Notes: generated by a model not told the origin, from the sequence alone. A stretch of 64,000 bases of DNA from Bdellovibrionales bacterium (GCA_015163875.1 JAAOIH010000005.1:2607-66606); one strand, 5' to 3'. Shown: positions 28,820 through 39,564, counted from the stretch's first letter. Made by a program: numbers and translations.

Positions 28820-29836
28820 ATGGCCTGCACACCTGCACAAGAAGAATTTCAAAAAAATAAAGTAGCAAAGCTTATACAAAACTCTCAAAGTTTTATTATC
28901 ACAACTCATAAGCAGTGCGATGCTGACGGCCTAGGCTCTGCCTTGGGAATGCTTTACGCTCTTAAAAAAATAGGCAAATCTGCTAGACTGTTGTTGGTAG
29001 ACGACCTGCCTAATCGTTATAATTTTTTAAACCAAGATTTATTAGTTGAAACCTACAATAGCCCTCACACACCTATTGAAGATACAGATGTTGCCTTAAT
29101 TTTTGATACAAACGCTGAAAGTCTTATACAGCCTTTGTATAAAGAATTAAAAAAACATTGCAAACATATTTCTTTTATAGATCATCACCCTTTTGGTGAC
29201 AATCTTCCAACAGAGTATTCATTTATAAAAGTAAATTCAGCAAGTACTGGTGAGCTGGTTTTTGATTTAATTAAATCTTTAAATATTGATTTAGATAAAA
29301 AAATTGCTAGAAGTATTTATAGCAGTATTGCTTTTGATACTCAGGTATTTAGATACATTCGTGGCTCTTCTCGTTCTTTAGTTATTTGTGCAGAGCTTTT
29401 AGAATACGAAAAAGAACCAGAAAAAATTCATAGTTATTTATTTGCATCTTACTCTAAAGATAAAATTAAACTTTTGTCAGAAGTTTTTGCAAAAGTAGAA
29501 TATCCATGCTCAGAGGTGGTTATTGCTAAAGTTAACTTAAAGGATTTAAAAAAACATAATTTAAAAATGGATGATGTTCGTGATATTTTAGATTTTTTAA
29601 TGAGTATTAATGAAATTAAAATTGGTGCATTTTTTAGAGAAGACTCTACAAATGAATTTAAATTAAGTTTAAGAAGCAAAGATTATTTATACATAAATCA
29701 TATTGCAAAATTATTTGGAGGCGGAGGTCATAAACAGGCCGCTGGAGCTTTATTAAAAGGCGATTATCAAAAAGTAAAAGAGCAAGTCTTAACAGAAATT
29801 CTAAAAACTTTAGACACTAAAAAAAAAGCCTGCTAA
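28820..29836 (+). CDS. nrnA: DHH/DHHA1 family phosphoesterase (NrnA-like oligoribonuclease/pAp phosphatase)
   Basis: TTH...DADGLGS, IFDT, IDHH, FDT, KLSLRS, GGGGHKQAAG. Confidence 0.88.
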   Translation: MACTPAQEEFQKNKVAKLIQNSQSFIITTHKQCDADGLGSALGMLYALKKIGKSARLLLVDDLPNRYNFLNQDLLVETYNSPHTPIEDTDVALIFDTNAESLIQPLYKELKKHCKHISFIDHHPFGDNLPTEYSFIKVNSASTGELVFDLIKSLNIDLDKKIARSIYSSIAFDTQVFRYIRGSSRSLVICAELLEYEKEPEKIHSYLFASYSKDKIKLLSEVFAKVEYPCSEVVIAKVNLKDLKKHNLKMDDVRDILDFLMSINEIKIGAFFREDSTNEFKLSLRSKDYLYINHIAKLFGGGGHKQAAGALLKGDYQKVKEQVLTEILKTLDTKKKAC

Positions 29837-29866
29837 CTACAAACTGTCTCACAATAACAAGAAGAC

Positions 29867-31402
29867 CTAAAAAATAGGTCCGCCGTTTTTAATAACTTCG
29901 TTACTAATAACTTTTTGTCCTAAGCTTTCTGCATTTTTAATAAATTTTGCAGCAAGTTTTGTAACAACTTTTCCTTCTGGAATTTGCAAATATTTACTAT
30001 CTATTAATTTACACTCTGTTGGCACATCAAAGCCAAAAACAGGATGCTTTTTCATAGTTGCATTATTTAATTCTCCAGATTGAATTGCTTTTAATATATT
30101 TCGACTAACAGAAATTGGAAATCTTTTTCCTTTATCATAACCGCCCTGCCAGCCAGTATTTACTATCCAAATTGTTACGCTATATTTTGTACTTAGTTCA
30201 GATAAAAGCTCTGCATAAACTTTTGCAGCTCTTGGCATAAATGGTGCGCCAAAACAAGAACTAAAAGTTGCTTCAGGCTTTGTTACTCCCATTTCTGTGC
30301 CTGCAATTTTTGCAGTATATCCAGAAATAAAATGATATTGAGTTTGCCATTGATTAAGTTTTGCAACAGCAGGTAATGCTCCAAATGCATCTGCTGTTAA
30401 AAAAATAATACTTTTAGGGTGCTGTGACTCTATGTCTTGTTTAAAAACTTTATCTAATGCTTCTAAACTATAAGAGCCTCTTGTGTTTTCTGTATGCAAG
30501 CTGCTTGTAAAATCAATATTTTTATTTTTATCATAGTCTATATTTTCTAAAATAGAACCTTCTCTATGAATAGCTTTATAAATTTCTGGCTCTTTGTTTT
30601 GTTCTAAATTAATTAATTTTGCATAACAGCCACCTTCCATATTAGACAAACCTTTATGTGACCATACAATTTCGTCATCACCAATTAAATATCTGTCAGG
30701 ATCTGCTGATAAAGTAGTTTTGCCTGTTCCTGAAAGTCCAAATAAAATACAAGATTCCTTTCCATCTTTATTGCAATTAGCTGATGCGTGCATTGGAAAT
30801 ATTTTATCTTCTGGAAATTTATAATTACACATAGAAAAGGCAGATTTTTTAATTTCGCCAGCATAAGCAGTTCCAACAATACTTACTTGGCCTTTTGTTG
30901 GATCTAAAACAACTCCTCTTTCTTCAAATGGAAATGTAAAATCAGATTTTAATTCTGATCTAAGATCTTTTACAGAAATATTTGGTGCATGCCAAATCTG
31001 AATTTTAAAATCTCCATTAGTTTGCTTAAGTAAAGATTCAACTTGTTGAGTTCTAAACATATTATAAGCAAAAGCCACATGCCATGGCGAGGTGGAGTAA
31101 ACTTCCACTGGAAAACATCCAACAAAAGCTTTCATTGAATAATGTTTTTTTGATAACACATATTTTTTTACATTATCAATAAAATTAATTCCAGTTTTAG
31201 AATCTAAAGATTTGTTAATGCTTCCCCAAAAAAAATTATCTTTAGTGTCTTCATGCTCTACTAAAAATCTTTCTTTTGTAGACCTTCCAGTACATTCTCC
31301 AGTGTTTACTAAAAAAGCACCGCCTGGCCCCTCTTCGCCTAAAGAATCTAAAACACTTTGTTTAATTAATTTTTTTTGAACATTTTGTGTTTCGCCGTTC
31401 AT
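29867..31402 (-). CDS. pckA: Phosphoenolpyruvate carboxykinase (ATP)
   Basis: TGRS, YAGEIKK, MHASAN, FGLSGTGKTTLSADP, LIGDDE, EGGCYAK, TENTR. Confidence 0.96.
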   Translation of the reverse strand: MNGETQNVQKKLIKQSVLDSLGEEGPGGAFLVNTGECTGRSTKERFLVEHEDTKDNFFWGSINKSLDSKTGINFIDNVKKYVLSKKHYSMKAFVGCFPVEVYSTSPWHVAFAYNMFRTQQVESLLKQTNGDFKIQIWHAPNISVKDLRSELKSDFTFPFEERGVVLDPTKGQVSIVGTAYAGEIKKSAFSMCNYKFPEDKIFPMHASANCNKDGKESCILFGLSGTGKTTLSADPDRYLIGDDEIVWSHKGLSNMEGGCYAKLINLEQNKEPEIYKAIHREGSILENIDYDKNKNIDFTSSLHTENTRGSYSLEALDKVFKQDIESQHPKSIIFLTADAFGALPAVAKLNQWQTQYHFISGYTAKIAGTEMGVTKPEATFSSCFGAPFMPRAAKVYAELLSELSTKYSVTIWIVNTGWQGGYDKGKRFPISVSRNILKAIQSGELNNATMKKHPVFGFDVPTECKLIDSKYLQIPEGKVVTKLAAKFIKNAESLGQKVISNEVIKNGGPIF

Positions 31403-31520
31403 ATTGTCTCCAAATTATCATATTAGTTGTAATTTTTGATAACTATTGTGAAGCTTTTTAAAGCTTATACTAAAAAAATTAAGCCTGTCCAGAGGTTTAA
31501 ATGCGTGTTATTTTTATAAA

Positions 31521-32303
31521 ATGATTGAAGAAAATAAATTTTTAAATTTTTCTGTTTTTACTATTCCTGTGCTTAATGATAATTATATTTTTGTTGCAAA
31601 AGCACACAAAACTTCTCAAACTTGGGTGATAGATCCAGCCTTGGCCAAGCCTGTAATAAATTTTTTACAAGATAAAAAATATAAGCTCACAGCTGTTGTA
31701 AATACTCATCATCACCTAGATCATACTGGAGGTAATTTAGAGTTAAAAAATTATTATAATGCTTTAATTTTAGCTCCAAAAAACGACCCAATTACAGCTG
31801 ATAAAAAATTAGATACTAATAGTAAGCTTAGCTTTGCTGGCGAAGCTGTACAAATTATAGAGGCTCCAGGGCATACTCTAGGTCATATTTTATATTATTT
31901 TACAGAGTCTAAGGTTTTATTTGCTGGCGATTGTCTGTTTTCGCTTGGATGCGGCAGATTATTTGAAGGTAGCCCTCAACAAATGACAAATAGCTTAAAT
32001 AAAATTTTGCAACTACCTGATAATACACAAGTTTTTTGTGCTCATGAATATAGTCTGGATAATTCTAAATTTGCTTTAAGCGTGGATTCTGCTAATTTAG
32101 CTTTGCAAAAAAAAACTACACAAATACAAAATTTACGCAATCAAAATAAATTTAGCATTCCTTTTAAACTAGGCATAGAAAAACAATGTAATCCTTTTTT
32201 AAGAAGCAACGCACCTGAAATTAAAAAATATTTAAATTTATCAAGCTCCTGCTCTACAGTAGAAAGCTTTGCTAAGTTAAGAAAATTAAAAGATAATTTT
32301 TAG
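31521..32303 (+). CDS. gloB: Hydroxyacylglutathione hydrolase (glyoxalase II)
   Basis: DNY, THHHLDHTGG, PGHTLGH, GDCLF..GCGRLFEG, CAHEY, NPFLR, LRKLKDNF. Confidence 0.95.
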   Translation: MIEENKFLNFSVFTIPVLNDNYIFVAKAHKTSQTWVIDPALAKPVINFLQDKKYKLTAVVNTHHHLDHTGGNLELKNYYNALILAPKNDPITADKKLDTNSKLSFAGEAVQIIEAPGHTLGHILYYFTESKVLFAGDCLFSLGCGRLFEGSPQQMTNSLNKILQLPDNTQVFCAHEYSLDNSKFALSVDSANLALQKKTTQIQNLRNQNKFSIPFKLGIEKQCNPFLRSNAPEIKKYLNLSSSCSTVESFAKLRKLKDNF

Positions 32304-32431
32304 TGTTACAATTTAATACCTTAAATCTTCTAGTTTTTAATACAAATGTTAAAATTAAAAATAGCCTTGTCATTGAGTATTTTTTATATTAAAAAATAAG
32401 ACTGATATTGATGCTTTAATAGGAGTAAGTC

Positions 32432-32614
32432 ATGGCCAAAAAAAAGGGTAAAGTTAGAATCATTACATTAGAATGTACAGAAGCTCGCAAATTAGGGCAA
32501 ACTCCTTCTAGATACACCTCTACTAAAAATATACAAAATCATCCAGAAAGAATAGAGCTTAAAAAGTATAATCCTTTTATGAAAAAACATACTGTTCACA
32601 AAGAGATAAAATAA
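32432..32614 (+). CDS. rpmG: 50S ribosomal protein L33 (type lacking the 4-Cys Zn ribbon)
   Basis: [34 protein letters not shown]; SD AGGAG. Confidence 0.97.
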   Translation: MAKKKGKVRIITLECTEARKLGQTPSRYTSTKNIQNHPERIELKKYNPFMKKHTVHKEIK

Positions 32615-33498
32615 AAGTTTTACTTAATGTTTCTTACGACGGCAGTCTTTTTAAAGGCTGGCAAAAACAATTAAAACAGCCTTCTGTGCAAGAAAGCTTA
32701 GAAAAACTTTTATCTAATTTATTTAAAGAAGATATTGCTTTGCAAAGCTCTGGGCGAACAGATGCTGGGGTTCATGCATTTAGTCAAATGGCTCATTTTT
32801 GTTTACCAAAAATTACTTCTATTAACTCTGACTTTAAAAATTTAAAAAAAACAGATGATTTAAAAATATTGATACATCGTTTAGAGTGTTTGCTTAAGGC
32901 TGTAAAAAAACTTTGCCCTGCAAATATTCAAATAAAAGAAGCTTTTTTGGTAGATGATAATTTTCACGCATTAAGGTCTGCTGTAAATAAAACTTATACA
33001 TATTTTATTAGTAATGAAACTTCGCCTTTTAATTCATCTCAAATTTATAATGTATCTTGTGAGGTGTTTGATAATTTAAAAAATAATATAAATTTACTTA
33101 ATCAAATGTCGTCTTACTTGGTAGGAGCAAAAGACTTTAAAGCTTTTCAAAATACAGGCACAGATGTTAAAACCACTGTTAGAGAAATTTATCAAAGCTC
33201 TTGGAAGTTACATAAATTAAAAAAATCTAAATTAGAGCCGATTTCGCTTTTAGGTGCACCTCAAGAATATTTAGAATTTAATATCACTGGTAATGGATTT
33301 TTAAAACAAATGGTTCGTAATATTGTAGGCTGTCAGATGTATTTAGCTCAAAAAACATCAGAGCCTTTAATCGGGTTTAAAGACATTATTAGGTTGGCAA
33401 AAACACAAAAAATCTTTGCCCCAGCCCCTCCTCAAGGTCTGTATTTAAAGCAAATTAACTACCCTGCATCACTTGACAAATTAGCCTTAAAAATTTAA
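32611..33498 (+). CDS. truA: tRNA pseudouridine(38-40) synthase TruA; the conserved N-terminus extends upstream of the track's GTG 32686
   Basis: [35 protein letters not shown]. In-frame upstream [20 protein letters not shown] begins at ATA 32611; the start codon is uncertain. Confidence 0.9.
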   Translation: MKVLLNVSYDGSLFKGWQKQLKQPSVQESLEKLLSNLFKEDIALQSSGRTDAGVHAFSQMAHFCLPKITSINSDFKNLKKTDDLKILIHRLECLLKAVKKLCPANIQIKEAFLVDDNFHALRSAVNKTYTYFISNETSPFNSSQIYNVSCEVFDNLKNNINLLNQMSSYLVGAKDFKAFQNTGTDVKTTVREIYQSSWKLHKLKKSKLEPISLLGAPQEYLEFNITGNGFLKQMVRNIVGCQMYLAQKTSEPLIGFKDIIRLAKTQKIFAPAPPQGLYLKQINYPASLDKLALKI

Positions 33499-33502
33499 TA
33501 CT
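33473..33502 (+). promoter_or_regulatory. Candidate sigma70 promoter for rplM-rpsI within the truA 3' end
   Basis: Perfect -35 TTGACA at 33473-33478 and TAATAC/AATACT 17-18 bp downstream. Confidence 0.5.
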
Positions 33503-33549
33503 GTTCTGGTTATAAGACTCAAATTCAGAATTGAAGTTAAGGAACACAA

Positions 33550-33981
33550 ATGCATAAAACATGGATGGCTAAAAAAGAAGAATCTAAAAGAGAGTGGAGA
33601 TTAATAGATGCCACTGATCAAACATTAGGAAGACTTGCTACGACTGTTGCAAATATTTTGCGCGGAAAAAATAAAGTAGAATATACACCTCATGTTGATG
33701 TTGGTGATTTTGTTGTAATTATTAATAGTGATAAAATTAAAATGTCTGGTAGAAAACTAGAGCAAAAAAAATACTATCGTCATACTGGTTTTTTTGGTGG
33801 AATTAAAGAAAAAACTATGAAAAATATTATGCAAGAAGATTCTACTCAAATAATTATATCTGCAGTAAAAGGAATGCTTCCAAATAATCGTCTAAATCGC
33901 TTAGTATTAAAAAAATTAAATGTTTACAAAGATGAAGAGCATCCGCATAAGGCACAAAAAGTAACTGTTGTTAGTTTATAA
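33550..33981 (+). CDS. rplM: 50S ribosomal protein L13
   Basis: W.LIDA...LGRLA, LRGKNK..YTPHVD.GD, YYRHTGF.GG, VKGMLP. Confidence 0.98.
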   Translation: MHKTWMAKKEESKREWRLIDATDQTLGRLATTVANILRGKNKVEYTPHVDVGDFVVIINSDKIKMSGRKLEQKKYYRHTGFFGGIKEKTMKNIMQEDSTQIIISAVKGMLPNNRLNRLVLKKLNVYKDEEHPHKAQKVTVVSL

Positions 33982-33996
33982 CAAGGGAAATTAATT

Positions 33997-34398
33997 ATGA
34001 CAAAATCTACAACACCTGTTTATTACGCTGGAGGAAGTCGTAAAACTAGTCATGCTCGTATTTTTTTAAAAGCAGGTACTGGAAAATTTACTGTTAACAA
34101 AAAATCTCCAGAAGATTATTTTAAATCTAAAATTTATTTTAATTCTTTGTTTTCTCCTTTTCAGGTGACTAAAACAGAAAATCAATGGGATGCTTACATT
34201 ACTGTTAAAGGCGGCGGAAGCACTGGGCAACTAGAAGCTATTCGTCACGGAATTTCTAGAGCTTTAGTTATTGCAGAAGAGTCACACAAGCCAAGTTTAA
34301 AATCTGCAGGCTTTTTAACTCGTGATTCCAGAATGGTTGAACGGAAAAAATACGGCCTTCATAAAGCTCGTAAAAGTACTCAATTCTCTAAACGATAA
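33997..34398 (+). CDS. rpsI: 30S ribosomal protein S9
   Basis: VKGGG..GQ..AIRHGISRAL, LTRDSRMVERKKYGLHKARKSTQFSKR. Confidence 0.98.
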   Translation: MTKSTTPVYYAGGSRKTSHARIFLKAGTGKFTVNKKSPEDYFKSKIYFNSLFSPFQVTKTENQWDAYITVKGGGSTGQLEAIRHGISRALVIAEESHKPSLKSAGFLTRDSRMVERKKYGLHKARKSTQFSKR

Positions 34399-34484
34399 AA
34401 TCTATTATTTTTTTAAGAAAATTAAATTCTTTAAAACTATAAAAATAGTTTTTACTAGTTAAAATATTACTAGTTAAACTAATA

Positions 34485-36293
34485 CTATTTTTTAAAGCGT
34501 TTTCTTTCGTTTTCGGTTAATAATTTTTTGCGAATACGAATTGAGGTGGGAGTTACCTCTACTAGTTCGTCATCATTAATAAATTCTATTGCTTGCTCTA
34601 AACTAAATTTTATAGGTGGAGTTAAAATAGCATTTTCATCTGTACCTGCCGATCGCATATTTGTTAATTGTTTTCCCTTCATAGGGTTAACTACTAAGTC
34701 GTTATCACGAGCATGAATTCCTATAATCATTCCCTCATAAACTTGAGTGGCGTGATCAATTAATAATTTTCCACGATTTTGTAAATTAAATAACATATAA
34801 GCTAAAGCTTTTCCCTGTCCTATTGAAATTAATACTCCGTTAATTCTTTGACCAACATCATTTTTTTTCATATCTCCATAATGAGAAAACAAACTATATA
34901 TTAATCCAGAGCCTTGAGTTAAAGTTAAAAAATCTGTGCGAAATCCAATTAAGCCACGGGCAGGCATTAAATATTCTAAGCGAATTCTACCTTTTCCGTC
35001 TGGGGTCATGTTTTTTAATTCACCTCCCCTTTCACCTAATTTTTCAATCACAGATCCTTGATGTTGTTCTTCGATGTCCACTGTTACATCTTCATAAGGC
35101 TCTAAAGTTTTATCTCCTTCTTTTTTTAAAATTACTTCTGGGCGAGAAACTCCTAATTCAAAACCTTCTCTTCTCATAGTTTCAATTAAAATTCCTAAAT
35201 GAAGTTCGCCACGACCGGATACTCTAAATTTATTTGGATCTTCTGTAGGCTCTACTCTTAGTGCAACATTATGAATTAATTCTTTATCTAATCTTTCACT
35301 AATTTGTCTGCTAGTTAAAAGTTTTCCCTCTTGCCCAGCAAAGGGTGAAGTGTTTACTTGAAATGTCATGCTAACAGTAGGCTCATCAACTGATAAAGCT
35401 GGTAATGCTTTTACTTCATTTATGTCGCACAAAGTGTCTGATATACTTAAAGTTTCTACTCCGCTAAAAGTAATAATGTCTCCAGCGGTGGCCTCGGTTG
35501 TTTCGATTCTTTCTAATCCCATAAAACCCATAATTTTTAAAATTTTTCCACTTCTGGTTTTTCCCTTTGTATCTATAATTGTTACAGGTGTGTTTATTTT
35601 AATTTTTCCTCTAGACACTCGTCCAATTCCAATTACTCCAACATAACTACTATAATCTAAAGCACTTACTTGTAATTGAAATGGACCGTTAACATCTACT
35701 TTTGGTGCCGAAACATTATCTACAATTGATTGAAACAAAGGTTGCATATCACCGCTAGAAACTGCTTCATCTAAGCCTGAAAATCCTTCTAAAGCTGAAG
35801 CATATACTATAGGAAAATCTAATTGTTCGTCAGTTGCCTCTAGATTAGAAAATAAATCAAAAGTTTGGTCTACAACCCAAGAAGGTCTTGCGCTTGGCCT
35901 GTCTACTTTGTTAATTACAACAATTGGTTTTAAGCCTAGCGCTAAAGCTTTTTTTGTAACAAATCTTGTTTGTGGCATTGGTCCGTCAACTGCATCTACT
36001 AAAAGTAAAACAGAATCCACCATAGATAAAACTCTTTCAACTTCGCCTCCAAAATCTGCATGTCCTGGAGTATCTACAATATTAATATGATAACCTTTCC
36101 ATTTAATGGCTGTGTTTTTTGCTAAAATAGTGATGCCTCTTTCTTTTTCTAAATCATTAGAGTCCATAAGTCGTTCATCAGAGGGGCCTCTGTCGCCTAA
36201 AGTTCCAGACTGTTGTAAAAGTTTATCTACTAATGTAGTTTTTCCATGATCTACATGGGCAATGATTGCAATGTTTCTTAATTTTTCTATCAT
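34485..36293 (-). CDS. typA: Translational GTPase TypA/BipA
   Basis: RNIAIIAHVDHGKTTLVD, ERGITILAK, GRGELHL, KQLTNMR, DELVEVTP. Confidence 0.98.
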   Translation of the reverse strand: MIEKLRNIAIIAHVDHGKTTLVDKLLQQSGTLGDRGPSDERLMDSNDLEKERGITILAKNTAIKWKGYHINIVDTPGHADFGGEVERVLSMVDSVLLLVDAVDGPMPQTRFVTKKALALGLKPIVVINKVDRPSARPSWVVDQTFDLFSNLEATDEQLDFPIVYASALEGFSGLDEAVSSGDMQPLFQSIVDNVSAPKVDVNGPFQLQVSALDYSSYVGVIGIGRVSRGKIKINTPVTIIDTKGKTRSGKILKIMGFMGLERIETTEATAGDIITFSGVETLSISDTLCDINEVKALPALSVDEPTVSMTFQVNTSPFAGQEGKLLTSRQISERLDKELIHNVALRVEPTEDPNKFRVSGRGELHLGILIETMRREGFELGVSRPEVILKKEGDKTLEPYEDVTVDIEEQHQGSVIEKLGERGGELKNMTPDGKGRIRLEYLMPARGLIGFRTDFLTLTQGSGLIYSLFSHYGDMKKNDVGQRINGVLISIGQGKALAYMLFNLQNRGKLLIDHATQVYEGMIIGIHARDNDLVVNPMKGKQLTNMRSAGTDENAILTPPIKFSLEQAIEFINDDELVEVTPTSIRIRKKLLTENERKRFKK

Positions 36294-36305
36294 GGAAGGT
36301 TTTCC

Positions 36306-37907
36306 TTAGTCTGCTTTATTTATTGTTTTTAATACTTGCTCTGCTCTGTTAATTAAATTACTTACTAAAATTAAAGGTATTATTTCTTTTAACTCTGCTC
36401 CATGAGGTTTGCCAATTACAGCTACTCTAAGTGGCATAAATAATGTTTTACCTTTTACTTTGCAAGTTTGTTTTATTTTATCTTGTATATCTATAAATTC
36501 TTCTTCTGTTAAGTAGATTTCTGTTTTTATATTTAATTGTTTAATCCAAAATTCTAAAACATCTTTTGCTTCATTCCAAGATAAAACTTCATTAGATTCG
36601 TCTGTGATATTTAATTGTCCAAAAATTAAATTTAATATTCCTTTAGCCTCTACTAAAGTTTTAATAGAGTTTTGAAGAATAGAAATTTGAGTGTTTCTTA
36701 ACGTGTTAGATGAAGCTTTTCTTTGTGAAACATCTGCACTGCCAGAGGTTGTGTTAAGTAATGTAAAAAATTGATCAATATGATTATTATTTGGGCTATG
36801 CTTGTTTAATTTGTTCTTCAAGTCATCTGGGCTTAATTTTTTAATATACTCGCCATTCATCCAAAGAAGTTTTTTTGTGTCAAAAACTGCTGGCGCTGAG
36901 TTTAGTCTTTTTAAATCAAAAACTTTTGCAGCCTCTTGTATGCTAAAAATTTCTTTAGACTCAGGGTGAGACCAGCCAAGTAGGCATAAAAAATTAATTA
37001 ATGCTTCTGGCAGATAACCCTCTTTAATATAATCTTCTACAGAAGTTGCTCCGTGCCTTTTACTTAGTTTTTTTTTGTCTTCTCCTAATATTAAAGACAT
37101 ATGTGCAAATTGTGGAATTGTAAAATTTAAAGCTTCATAAATCATTAATTGTCTTAATGTATTGCTTAAATGTTCTTCTGCTCTAAGCACATGAGTAATG
37201 TTCATTAAAGCGTCATCAACAACGCAGCAAAAATTATACACAGGCATGCCGTTAGATCTTTGAATTACAAAGTCTCCTACCATATTTGATGGAAGTTTTA
37301 CCTCGCCTCTAACTAAATCTTTAATAATATATTCAGGTTTCGCGCTGATTGTATTAAACCTAATGCTTGGTTTTAATCCTTTAGATATTTTTTCTGTGGC
37401 TTCTAAATTTTTTGTTTTTGCATCTTCTAAATTTTTTGGCCTATAAGGGCTTGTTATTTGTTGAGTGCTTTTGCTTTCTTTTGCTAATGTTTTTTGTGTA
37501 TCAATTTCTTCATCTGTTAAAAAACAATAATAAGCTAAGCCATTTTGTAATAAAAAATCAATTTTTTCTTTGTAAATATTTAATTCTGATCTTTTACTTT
37601 GTTTATAAGATTTTGTACTTTTTGAATCTAAAATATTATTATTATCGTCTTTTTCTTTTATATCATCACCATCTAAAAAAACACCTTCATCTGGAGTTAT
37701 CCCAAGACTATTTAAATCTTTTAATTGAGATTTTAAAAATTCCTGACTGCTTCGCTCTTTGTCGGTGTCTTCTACTCGCAATATAAATTTAGAATCTTTT
37801 GAAATAGATTTAGCAAACAAATAATTAAATAATGCAGTTCTTGCTCCTCCAACATGTAAATGCCCAGTCGGGCTCGGAGCAAATCTTACTCTAACATTAT
37901 TATTCAT
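36306..37907 (-). CDS. gltX: Glutamate--tRNA ligase
   Basis: RFAPSPTG, HVGG (HIGH), LRVEDTD, KLSKR (KMSKS), anticodon domain LFMPLR. Confidence 0.96.
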   Translation of the reverse strand: MNNNVRVRFAPSPTGHLHVGGARTALFNYLFAKSISKDSKFILRVEDTDKERSSQEFLKSQLKDLNSLGITPDEGVFLDGDDIKEKDDNNNILDSKSTKSYKQSKRSELNIYKEKIDFLLQNGLAYYCFLTDEEIDTQKTLAKESKSTQQITSPYRPKNLEDAKTKNLEATEKISKGLKPSIRFNTISAKPEYIIKDLVRGEVKLPSNMVGDFVIQRSNGMPVYNFCCVVDDALMNITHVLRAEEHLSNTLRQLMIYEALNFTIPQFAHMSLILGEDKKKLSKRHGATSVEDYIKEGYLPEALINFLCLLGWSHPESKEIFSIQEAAKVFDLKRLNSAPAVFDTKKLLWMNGEYIKKLSPDDLKNKLNKHSPNNNHIDQFFTLLNTTSGSADVSQRKASSNTLRNTQISILQNSIKTLVEAKGILNLIFGQLNITDESNEVLSWNEAKDVLEFWIKQLNIKTEIYLTEEEFIDIQDKIKQTCKVKGKTLFMPLRVAVIGKPHGAELKEIIPLILVSNLINRAEQVLKTINKAD

Positions 37908-37908
37908 T

Positions 37909-39564
37909 TTAAGACTCTATTTCGTGTTTAACATAGTATAATGGATTAATCATCAACTCTGCAATATGACGATATTCTGATAAAATATCAAGATAAATAT
38001 TAGTTAAATTAATATTAAATTTTTTCTCTACTTCTGGGCGACAATTATTAATATGATCCACTCTAAAAGTATATTCTGCATGCCTGATATCTTTTTTTTG
38101 TTTTTTTAATTCTTTTAAAATATTTATGTCTTTTGAGTCAAAATAAGTCATAGATAGTATAACAATATTAGTTACTGCATTTTGTAATTTTATTAAATTT
38201 TTTTGATCTAAGTCAGAAAAAGAAATATGTAATTTTTGTTTTTTAGATGCTAATTTTATTAAATTTTTATCTACAGAGTCAGCTGCGCTTTCGATGTCAG
38301 ACGAAAAAGAAATTGCCTCTAAGATATTAATTTTTTCTAATTCTGTGCCATCTTCTTCTTCGTTTTCTTTATTAGATTTTTCCATTAATGCTAATAAAAA
38401 TCTATTAGTTTCGGCACATAATAAATCAACATTATTGTCTTCTTCTTTAATTTTAAAAAATGCTTTTTTTTCACCAATATTAAATAAAAATAATGATCGG
38501 TTTAGCATGCTTTGCATAATATCGCCCATTCTTAAAATTTCTCTTTTTGCTTGAGCAAAGGCAACCGCAGTGCTTAAATCTCTAATGTCTTTAAATACAA
38601 AGTGCTTTACTCCAAATTTTTTTATGTCTTTTGGTTTGGGGATTAAATATTCAATAAATTTTACAGCATAATTAATAAATGGATAAAATATAATTACACT
38701 TAAAATATTAAATAGAGTATGAAAGTTTGCAACTCCTCTAAGATTTGAAAAGCTGCTTATAATTAATGGTAAAATAAGTGGAGTTAATACAAAAAAAATA
38801 GAAACACTTGCTATTTTAAATAAAAAATGTGCCCATGCTACTCTTTTGCCAATATAATTTCCAGATAAAGATGACATAATTGCAGTAGCTGTTGTGCCTA
38901 GATTAGCTCCATACACCCAATAAATACAATGCTCTAAAGAAAAGTAACCAGCAGACATTAAGCTAATAGCTATACCAATAGTTACAACACTGCTTTGCAC
39001 TAAGGCTGTAAAACTTGCTGCAACTAATAATATAACAATAGGGCTGTTAATAAAAAAGTGTAAAAACTCTAAAAATATTCCTGCATCTTTTAAATGCAGA
39101 CTTCCAATGCTGATAAGCTCTAAGCCAAAAAACATTAAGCCAAAACCAAAACATACACGAAAAATTCTTTTTGTTTTTTTTGTTTTGATAAAAAAATAAG
39201 ATATTAAATAAAAAATAGAAAATAGTGCTAATCCAAAATGAGAAATTTTAAAACTTAAAATTTGTACAATCAAAGTGCTACCAATTGCTGAGCCTAAAAT
39301 AATTCCCATAACTTGAAATAAAGTTAAAACACCAGAGGACCCCAAGCTAGCTAGCATAGAAACAACAGCTGCAGAACTTTGAATACTAAAGGCTAATAAT
39401 ATTCCAAAAAATATTCCAAAAATAGGCTTGTTAGACATTTTTGATAATAAATTTTGTATTAAGTTTCCAGAAATTTTTTGTAAATTTTTACTAATGGTTT
39501 TTAATCCATATAAAAAAAATGCAAGACCTGCTAAAGCATAAATAAAAGCTGTGTGAGTTAACAT
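37909..39564 (-). CDS. Na/Pi cotransporter family protein with PhoU-like C-terminal domains
   Basis: Duplicated QSS motifs (IQSSAA, VQSSVV), GANLGTT, multiple TMs, REILRMG. Confidence 0.9.
   Translation of the reverse strand: MLTHTAFIYALAGLAFFLYGLKTISKNLQKISGNLIQNLLSKMSNKPIFGIFFGILLAFSIQSSAAVVSMLASLGSSGVLTLFQVMGIILGSAIGSTLIVQILSFKISHFGLALFSIFYLISYFFIKTKKTKRIFRVCFGFGLMFFGLELISIGSLHLKDAGIFLEFLHFFINSPIVILLVAASFTALVQSSVVTIGIAISLMSAGYFSLEHCIYWVYGANLGTTATAIMSSLSGNYIGKRVAWAHFLFKIASVSIFFVLTPLILPLIISSFSNLRGVANFHTLFNILSVIIFYPFINYAVKFIEYLIPKPKDIKKFGVKHFVFKDIRDLSTAVAFAQAKREILRMGDIMQSMLNRSLFLFNIGEKKAFFKIKEEDNNVDLLCAETNRFLLALMEKSNKENEEEDGTELEKINILEAISFSSDIESAADSVDKNLIKLASKKQKLHISFSDLDQKNLIKLQNAVTNIVILSMTYFDSKDINILKELKKQKKDIRHAEYTFRVDHINNCRPEVEKKFNINLTNIYLDILSEYRHIAELMINPLYYVKHEIES

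Noticed and set aside
32611-33498. truA as an N-terminally truncated pseudogene
   Set aside because: The N-terminal motif is intact and in frame and the catalytic RTD is present; only the start codon is atypical.
34399-34484. Terminator between convergent rpsI and typA
   Set aside because: Only weak AT-rich hairpins are present, which cannot be distinguished from background.
35865-35875. TGGTCTACAA inside typA matching the 24-bp motif core
   Set aside because: It is explained by the conserved VVDQ codons; a short chance match.
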